A stretch of 64,000 nt of DNA from Intoshia linei. Lineage: Eukaryota > Animalia > Orthonectida. The notes beneath the pieces are model-generated. The model was not told the origin of the DNA. It worked only from the letters and a program-made list of their open reading frames with translations, and made no database searches. The stretch spans positions 62,001-126,000 of the forward strand of contig LWCA01000001.1 in the NCBI GenBank assembly GCA_001642005.1. Reading direction: 5' to 3'. Position 1 is the first letter of the stretch. The number at the start of each line of letters is the position of its first letter. Position numbers and translations under genes: made by a program. This document shows positions 55,301-64,000 of this stretch, piece by piece.

Positions 55301-57425
55301 TTGATGAATTACTTTTCATTAGAATGTGTAATTTTTATAATTCTAGGACGGGTTTGAATTTAAATACAAACGACAATTGGGATTTTTAACCTTGAAGGAC
55401 TCAATTTCTGATTTTGAAATTTGCGATAAAACATTGATCTGCTCAATGATTTAAGAATATGGAATTTGTAAAACTCGACACCCCTTACTTTCTTAAATAA
55501 ACTCGAACAAATAAATAAGTAAATAAATAAACAGACATACATTTGTAAATTTTTAACCATTTGTGTGTTATCGTTTATTTAAATATTTACCAGTCTTAAA
55601 ATTTTATAAAGTCCAGATTTCAATTACAGTTTTTTCCGGAGTGTTAGCAAAATAAATTTCAACCTCCCAAATTCACATTTTACGGGTCAAAAAGCTTAAT
55701 TGTCCTTTTTTTGAAAATGAAACGAGTTTGAAAATTTAAAAAAATATATCATCAAGGCCAAAACCACAAATTACCTTTTTTTAATGAAAACAGCCCTATA
55801 ATTTAAAAACATTTACAGATGGTACAGTTGTATCCTGATAACACACACAAAAAATTTCAATCTGAATAAGTGACGCCTTAACAGTCAAAAAAGCATTTAA
55901 GTATTCATATATTTTTTTTCCGAAATATTTCACTAAAACAAAAAATGTGAAATAATTAAGCGTCCGAAAGTTTAAAAAAAGATTTATTTGATAGAGCTTA
56001 TTCCAGTTGATATAAATACAATATTTCAACCCCAGAAATCTACGCATTCCCGGTGAAAAATAATTTTTAATATATTATCAACCAATATTTTTAAATATTT
56101 CGATTAAAATAAAAAATTGAAAATGTAAATATTGATCCTACAATTTCAAATAAAGTGCAATTTGTAGTCTACACATTTCCAATTATAATAAAAATCTATA
56201 TAATTCATTCCTTCGCAATTTTTAAATCTCAAATTCTCATTTTCAAAAGATTTTGGTTAAATTTTAAATTAAAACCACAACAACGATTACTAAAAGTAGC
56301 AGTAATAGAACTTTGTTATTATAATTTTTATATTTATTACAACCTTTTGCAATATTGATAAAATTCACCTTAAATATTTTTATAAAGTGTTGATTTTGTT
56401 AATTATTGATACATAATTGGTATTTTTAAGTATTTATTAAATTGGTACTGAATATATATTATCACATTGAAAATGATAAAATAGGTTTTTATAATTTTAT
56501 TTTTTCTGGAATTTATGCTATTTATGACAATTTTTAGGATTGGACTGTTTTGACACATTCTGTCTAATAAATTAAAAAAATAACATAACAATTGTTTTAA
56601 AAATTATTTACGCAAATGTTAACAAAACAAAATAAGATGAAATAATTCACTTTAAAGTAAAAAATAATGTGATATGACTGGTCCACCTAAAACAAGTTTG
56701 GGAACCACTCCTTTAAAGGATTGATAATAGTAAATAGTAGGATTTTTAAGTTAGATTTTCAACGTGAATTTATAATTTGGTAGAATAGAAATGTGCCCTC
56801 GGCAGAGCTAGATGCTATTTTTACATAACAGTAAACCTAGTTTTATATAAGTAAGGATGTATTAAATATTAATATTTTAAAATGTAACTAAAAAATCTAA
56901 ACAAAAACACGAAATTATGGCTTCAATAATTTACTAACACGTAAATAAATTTAAAACATACTGTCGTCGTTTTGATTTGTGATGGAATAATAAATTTTTC
57001 TACTTTTTTCTAAGAATGCTTTCATTGACTGAGATTCTGAATATGAAATTTCCTGTAAATTATTACATTAAGGCAATTTATTATTTTATTATACTAATTA
57101 TCATAATATACATTTTATAATTTGTAAATTAGTTTTATTTATAATTTCAAGAACCTTGCCAAATCTATAAAATACGAAAAAAATTGGATACATAAAATAG
57201 ACTTTACAAGAACAATTTTCCATGCATTACGTTCCATGTAATAATAAATTAAAAATTAAATAAAACATCTAATAAGATTCTTCAATTGTATATAAAAAAT
57301 ACATTTTCATCATAATTTTCTTTTTGGTTAATTTGATTATCATCTTTTGCATCTGACAGTGAAATATTTTCGAGTTCTTTGTCAATTTCGTCATTTAACC
57401 ATTTTTCATCATTAATCTTATCCAT
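49368..57425 (-). CDS. LRRIQ1: Leucine-rich repeat and IQ domain protein 1-like (3' end uncertain)
   Basis: The N-terminus MDKINDEKWLNDEIDKELENISLSD resembles LRRIQ1. Long Lys/Glu/Asn-rich exon with an IQ-like CANIIIRFLK. LRR exons follow at 52230-51167 (HIDLSNNMV, LNLCKNRI, YLSLKGNFL, YVDLSYNEI). Confidence 0.6.
50237..50994. mobile_element. hAT MITE
   Basis: TIR cagtggttcccaaa/tttgggaaccactg. TSD tgctagtt/tgctaatc. Confidence 0.8.
50496..50755. mobile_element. Inner MITE (ccgaaccta TIR family)
   Basis: cagaaccgaaccta / taggttcggcactg. Related ends at ~32027-32268 and ~48890. Confidence 0.6.
53890..54219. mobile_element. hAT MITE
   Basis: TIR cagtgtttctcaa/ttgagaaacactg. TSD gtatattg/gtacattg. 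Confidence 0.85.
55100..56837. mobile_element. Nested Helitron copies (plus-strand copy inside a minus-strand copy)
   Basis: Plus copy ~55559-56830 ends gccctcggcagagctag..aacctag|t. It is followed directly by the orphaned minus-strand 5' end tatataagtaaggat. Confidence 0.65.
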
Positions 57426-58113
57426 ATTCAAATGTTATGCATGTAAACAAAACAAAATATTCCATTAGTAACAAAATTAAACCAAAACAATGAGAATTTG
57501 AGCATTATGTATACATTTATCCTTACGTACAATCGTATCATTGATTTCAATTCCATCAGCCAATGTCTCATCATAATAAACTTTTGCATTAACCGAGTGT
57601 ACCGACCAGTCATTTCATTTTTTTATTTGATTAAGATTCATATATCATGATTCATGATCAGTATTCTCTCAAATTATACGTACAGTAATGGAGTATTAGA
57701 CAGTAACGTGTATTAGCAGTACTGATACATAAAATTTAAAATTTAAATTTTTTAACTAATTTTTTTTACTCACCCATATCTGTCACTAATTAAAAAAATT
57801 TTTTTTACGTTCGTACTCGTTGCAGATCTCTAACTTCAATATTTTAAATGGCAGAACTATGTAAAGTCCCAAAATTAGCGCCTAGTGAAAAAATACTGTA
57901 TTCTATCTAGTGACCAGATAGAATACATAAAAATGAACATTACTTCGTACTGAAATATAAAATTATATATATATTTGAAAGAAATAAAGTTTTATTTTTT
58001 ATCTAAAATATTTTTATAAAAATGATATTGTTGATATATTTTCATTAAATTTAAAAATTTAATTTAAAATTATACGAGAAATAAAGTAGGAATAGGTTAA
58101 AGTCAATATAAAA

Positions 58114-61100
58114 ATGTTTTCAAAAAGACATTTTGAAAAAAAGAAAATTATAATCAAAATATTGGACAATAAAAAGGATCCAACATCTAAATTAAAAAAA
58201 ATACGTTCTGTTCTCGGTAATATTTAATTACGGTGAAATTTCGTTAAATTACATAGCAAAAAAAAAACTTAAATTGTTTATTTTACCTCATCTTATACAT
58301 TATTCTTAAACGTAAACATTACACGATTGTATGAAATGGGGCCATTTTATTTAAAAAAATATTAGTTATGATTTATTAAAATAACTCATCTCACGGTACC
58401 GATTGATTTAAACTTAATTAATTTTATTTTGATAATGATCAAATATGTCAGACATCCTTAACCCACCGCCAACTTATCGTACCGAGAACTCTATGGGTCA
58501 GGTGGATGCTGGTCAACTTAGTGGACCACTTTTACCCCATTAAGAAAAACTGATATCTATAACTTTTTAATATGATTTTTTATTAAAATGTTAATTCTAA
58601 CCATACAATTTACTTTTAACACTTTATAAATTAATACAATTTGTATTTTATCAATATATATACAGTATATATTATACACTCATTGAAATTGTAATAATTG
58701 AAATTTAATTTAAATGTAGAAAGCAATGATCCTCTAGCAATCGAAAAATTTTTTAACGAAAATTATTCTCAAATCTTTTACGTGTTTTGGGACAATGTTT
58801 CAGCGTATGACAATGAATATCGAGATAAAAAGAACAAATTTGCGATGGATGATTTAGAGTACTTGATATTTATGTTAATGCAAATAATTGAGAGATTGCC
58901 ACATTTAATTCATGAAAGATGGCAATTTCATGTACTCGGACGTTATCTATCACGACTTTTACATATAAACAACTCATTAGCCATTAAAAAGTTTGGATTT
59001 GAAATTTTCATGACATGGTACGGTATTCTCAATGATAATTCTTCTACAGAATGCAAAATTATGTTTCGTAAACTCATTCCTACTATTGGATCTCAAGGCT
59101 ACATTACGAGTGATATGTTTACTCGGTTTCCTCAAGGTTTATTCAAAATTTTGAATATAACAGATTTTTAATTTAAAAATTAGGATCAAATTGCTCACCC
59201 GATATCGAACCTTTTTCAGATGTTAATTTAAACCTGAAATTAGAATTTAAGGTTGAAGATACAAAGTATCTGTTTATCGTATTACTCAATTCCATTGTGT
59301 TTAATGTATTATTCTTTTATATTTGTTTATTTTTCTTTTACTAATTTGATTCTTTTTAGACCTTCAAAATTAAACTTAATCAATTTCAAAGAGTCAAAAC
59401 TTTCTCTTTTGTTTTTAATCAATTTAAATTACATTATCTATCCATCATTTTTGAAGTGTCGATGGGATATAATTCCGGTAAATTTTAATATTTAAATTTT
59501 TATCAATTTATTTTTTTAATCTTTATACATAATCTTTATTTAATTTGTCTTAGAAGAAATAGAAAATTTAAGTCTATCTAAACCTGGAAACGATCCTGTT
59601 GATTCACATGTAGAAATATGTCGAATTTTGTTTTTAGAGTGGATCAGTCAATTTTTATTTATGAAAAAACCTTTTAAGTAATCATCTTTTTTATTGTTTG
59701 CTAACTTTATGACTTTAGGAAAAATAGCAGCAGCAAATCATCACATTCATCTAACTTTAATTGTCCAAAATGTAAGAAAATTGTATTTTCAAATTCATTT
59801 TTTACTTTCTAAACAAATATGTCATTTTCCAATATAAATTTATAAATTTGAATATAAATTATATTTATCCGGTTTTGTGAAATTTTGACCGATGAAAAAT
59901 TAATACAAAATTCACACATAGTTACACATGACAACTAATTTGTATATATAATATAAAATCTCTTGACTACTCCTAAAATTATTCTAAGTCAATTCAATGA
60001 AGCTTCCACTATTTTCCAAAAACGAGACCTCAAAATTTCAGGAAAATAATAGAAACTATTTCCTTAGGAATGAAGTAATATTTTTATCATGAAGATGTAC
60101 TTTTCTGAGGCTGAGATTTTCTATTTACAAAAATGTTAATAATTTTAAAACGCTTGATAGATTTATGTTTTTTTAAATTTTTTGGCTGATTTTATTTTAA
60201 AAAAAGGGGGAAATTGGGGTTTCACCCTGAAGGACTACATTTCGCAAAATGAAAAATAAATATCAACATTATTAGAAATTGGGTTTTTTTAAATTTTAAG
60301 AATTTATTTTTTAAATATACGGTAACACACACCGACATTCAATTTTATATAAGGAAAGGATTAATACGTTCATTTGGTGAAACGTATTTTTTGTATATTT
60401 ACTTTTTTTCACTATCTAATCATTTCTAACTAATAATTTATTTATAATTAATAAAATTAAATAAGAAACAATAATGTAAAAGTGCATTATTATTATTACA
60501 TTATTAAATGTATAAGTAATGCTCAAATTATAATCAGGAATAAATAAATCAAGAAAAATATGGGTTAAAAATTTTGTTATAACGGGGGCCGCACATTCCA
60601 TAAATGGGGGCACAAATGGCCCGCGGTCGCATAATTGACACACCTGGTCAAGACAGTTGGTCCACTTAAAAAATTAAAAACCGATGAAACACTGAGATGC
60701 TGTAATTATTATAGTCTGATATTTATAATTTTGAAAAGTGAATTAAAAGCTGATAAAAATGACAATTAATTGTTATAAAAATGAAAAATTTGTTTAGAAA
60801 GTGAAAATTTAATAACTTATTATTATTAAGATTAATAAATAGGATAATAATGTTGTTATAAAAATCAACATAATTTTAATGGAAATTAATATAACTGCAT
60901 AATATTGGGTAAAAAAATGATAAAATGAGTTTTTACTGTGAAGTAGGGAATATTTTAACAAATTTTTAAAACTTCACATTAATTAGAAGTTAATTTTATT
61001 TAAAATTTTATACATATATGTTTCCGTAGAGATGTTTGCAGGAATGTATTGTACATGTATTACTAAAGATAATAGACTTTAATAATAATTTGTATGTTAA

Positions 61101-64000
61101 TTTTACAGTAAAATGTTTAAAATTTAACAATAAAGATATCTAATAATTATAATTACATGTATTTAAATTTCAAAAAAAATATAAATATATATAACAGACA
61201 TTTTATTTATTATTTAAAGATTATGCTTAGATTAAGCATAATATTTTAGACCCAAAATGGATGAAAAAATTAATTTCTATTGAAACCAACATTGATGAAA
61301 GATATACTGTCGGGGATTGTATTTATTATCGATCAATATTATCCAGAACAAACTGGTCAAACTTTTCGAGTGATGAATATTCCGTTGTTCAGTCATATAT
61401 TGTGGGCAATGCAGAAAATGTTTTACTGGTTTTGCAAATTCTTAAATATGGTTTTTCAATTCCAATAAAATACAGCAATGTTACTGAATGTATTATTGAA
61501 GTTTTTGCGCACTGGATACAAGTAATATATAAATTTTTAATGGATATGTTAAAAGTGATTAACAGATGGCTTTTCGATCAATATTAAGCAATAAAACTTA
61601 AAATCCACTGCAATACGGTAGTACTGTAGTAAATTTATAAATCATCGAAATATGCGTTCGACACACCATTAGTCATATCTGAGCAATTTTGATCAGGGAT
61701 TGGAAATAATTGATTGCAATCAATTATTTTGTATCAACCAATTAATAAATAATAAAATAAAATAATTGCAATTAATTGAAAAATGAAAAGATAATTTTCA
61801 ATTAATTGGTTTTTTTCATATAACTGAAAAAATATAAATTGAATCCTTATATTGACGAATGGTTGGATGAAAAAATTAATTAAATTTTTTTATGTGGTTC
61901 AAAAATTAAATTAAAAATTATACACTATAATTTATAATAATACAATATTAAGGTGTCAAGTTGACACTGTCAACACTCGTTGTAGCGTATCACAGTTCCA
62001 CCATGCTTTATTTATTTCCAGAAACAATTTTATTTCCAAGTTCGAAGAAAGAAATAAAATAAATAATATGAAAATATTTTCTAAATACTATTTTGCAAAT
62101 ATAATATAATGCTATTAAAATAGTTTGACACTGTATAATAAAGTATTAACAATTTTTCATTATTCTATGCAATTTTAGAAAAATATAAACGCGTTTGTCA
62201 CCAGAAAAATGATGTTTTGACCTACTGGCTTGACTTTTATGTACTTTGAACAAAGAGCATCCTAGTATTCATTATAACCACATGACAATTTTTTAAAAAT
62301 GATTATGATATTGTTATCAATTTTCAATTAATTGAAATTTTTTATTTTTTATAAAGCAATTAATTGATTATTTTTAAATAATTTTTACCAATTAATTGCA
62401 ATTCAATTGGTTGCAATCAATTAATTCCAATCTCTGGTTTTGATATTGGATTATGAATTTTGAGTATTCTTATCAAAGAAAAGGTCGTATCTTAGACGGG
62501 TGGTTTTTCTAAATTGTTTAATAAATGAGATGAAATGACTATAATAAATTAAAAATCAATGAATACATTATAATTTAACAAATTAAATGTTTTTAATAAC
62601 AAATTATTACACTAGACAACAAAAAAAGATTTTTTTTTTGCGTCAAAAATATTTTTATACTGTCTTCTAGACCACAATGGAAAAATATTTTTACATGATT
62701 TTTGTACTTCAGATATGTCGCATTAATTATTTATTGGCAATATAAATTTAAATTAAACCTAATAAAATAAATAATATTTATATTGGATTTGCTGTTTTTC
62801 TATAGATTTGGGAAAAATCCCTTTTTATGAATCTTCGATAGCAAAATAATATAATAAATAACTAAAAATTAATATTTTGGACTAATTNTATTTTTTAAAT
62901 ACTATTTTGCAAATAAAATATAATGAACTGAAATAGTTTGATGTATAATAAAATATTAATAACTTTTTATTATTCTATGCAATTTTAGAAAAATATAAAC
63001 GCGTTTGTCACCAGAAAAATGATTTTTAACCTACTAGCTTGACTGTTATGTACTTCAGACGACAGCATCCTAGTATATTAATTATAACCACATGATCGTT
63101 TTTAAAAATGATTGTGATAATGTTATCAATAATCAATTAATTGAAATTAATTTATATTTCAAAAAATTATTACAATTATTTTTCATTTTTCAATAGCTTT
63201 TACCAATTAATTGCAATTAAATTGGTTTCAATCAATTAATTCCAATCCCTGATTACATATAGTTCAAAACAATATAAAAAAGTGCGACTATCGAGATATA
63301 TTGAAGATGAAAAAACATGTTTTTTAATTATAATTAAATAATTATTGACTACTTTTGATTTATAAAATCAATATTGATGATCTACAACATGCGTTCCCAA
63401 AGTGGGCGATTAATTCAGTTAGGGGGGCGATTATCAAAACACTGTATACCCAAAAACGATTTTAGATGGATAAAGTGGAGCGTTGATAAATTTAAGGTTG
63501 TAAGGGGATATTTTTATAGCAAGTTCACGGGGATCCACTGATATAAAAAGTGACAGTAATAAATATATTTTTTTAATTAACACAATTTTTTAATTATTAA
63601 ATATTGAATAATGAGTACATTTTTAAATATAGTGTATATACGACGTAGTCGAAAAATTTTTTAGGAGGGCGTTGAGAAAATATATTGCTAAAAAGGGGCG
63701 GTAGGCAAAATGAGTTTGGGAACCCCTAATCTACAATATCAAAATTGTCATATTAATTAATCTTCAGTTACATACACTTTAACAACTCGATCTCACATCT
63801 ATAGAAGCGAATAATAAACTAAATGGGACAGATAATACTAGACATAAGTTCTATTCTTGATAAATGTAGCTTTGAAAATATTTATCATTTGAAATTTAAT
63901 TAAAACAAGATTATAGTGTTAATATGTTAATATGTATATGTATAGTATAATTATTAACAAGTATTTAATCTAATCAAACCAGTTCTAAATTTTCAGATCG
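58114..64000 (+). CDS. RALGAPA1: Ral GTPase-activating protein subunit alpha, N-terminal part (3'-partial)
   Basis: MFSKRHFEKKKIIIKILDNKKDPTSKLKKIRSVL|ESND..FFNENYSQIFYVFWDN..LPHLIHERWQFH..LLHINNSLAIKKFG..TWYGIL matches the RALGAPA1/2 N-terminus. A further exon lies at 61251-61521. Confidence 0.88.
60080..60360 (-). mobile_element. Helitron-family copy (5' part)
   Basis: Ends acacacaccgacattcaattttatataaggaaaggat, the reverse of the family 5' end. Confidence 0.65.
61694..62436. mobile_element. hAT MITE with caattaattg subterminal repeats
   Basis: TIR cagggattggaa/ttccaatctctg. TSD attttgat/gttttgat. Confidence 0.85.
62889..63251. mobile_element. Right half of a second copy of the same MITE, after an assembly gap (n at 62888)
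   Basis: Aligns to ~62080-62436 and ends ttccaatccctg. Confidence 0.75.
63388..63728. mobile_element. hAT (Charlie/Buster-type) MITE
   Basis: Perfect 8-bp TSD atctacaa. Termini catgcgttcccaaa / tttgggaaccccta. Confidence 0.8.

Noticed and set aside
55360-56591. Several 60-83 aa ORFs
   Set aside because: They lie within Helitron-family repeats and have AT-biased composition. The same applies to the ORFs at 16798-17121, 20029-20292 and 36219-36404.
57641-57730. Possible C/D-box snoRNA (atgat...gtgtattagc..ctga)
   Set aside because: Box C is degenerate, the rRNA complementarity is short, and the segment is explained by a cagtaa..gtattag tandem duplication.

Overview
Very AT-rich eukaryotic (metazoan) genomic DNA. 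Many spliceosomal introns are only 33-46 nt, and a few are kb-sized and filled with transposons. The composition and fast-evolving animal proteins suggest a reduced invertebrate parasite such as an orthonectid (inference only). Hand-spliced genes, in order: 3' part of DMXL/Rabconnectin-3 alpha (+), CISD3 (-), SVOP (-), RZ-type RGS (+), a small secreted Cys-rich peptide locus (-), a 7-EC protocadherin (-), a 4-exon orphan gene (-), a divergent VPS10/sortilin-like receptor (+), an LRRIQ1-like gene (-) and the 5' part of RALGAPA (+). Non-coding DNA is dominated by a non-autonomous Helitron family with ~134-bp internal subrepeats. It also holds many hAT MITEs with 8-bp TSDs, two internally deleted hAT transposons and two Tc1 relics, often nested. 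The most novel-looking item is at 21155-21930: one signal-peptide exon followed by two parallel C-x8-C-x5-C-x-W-x4/6-C cassettes, which could be alternatively spliced secreted mini-proteins. No rRNA, tRNA or CRISPR array was recognised.
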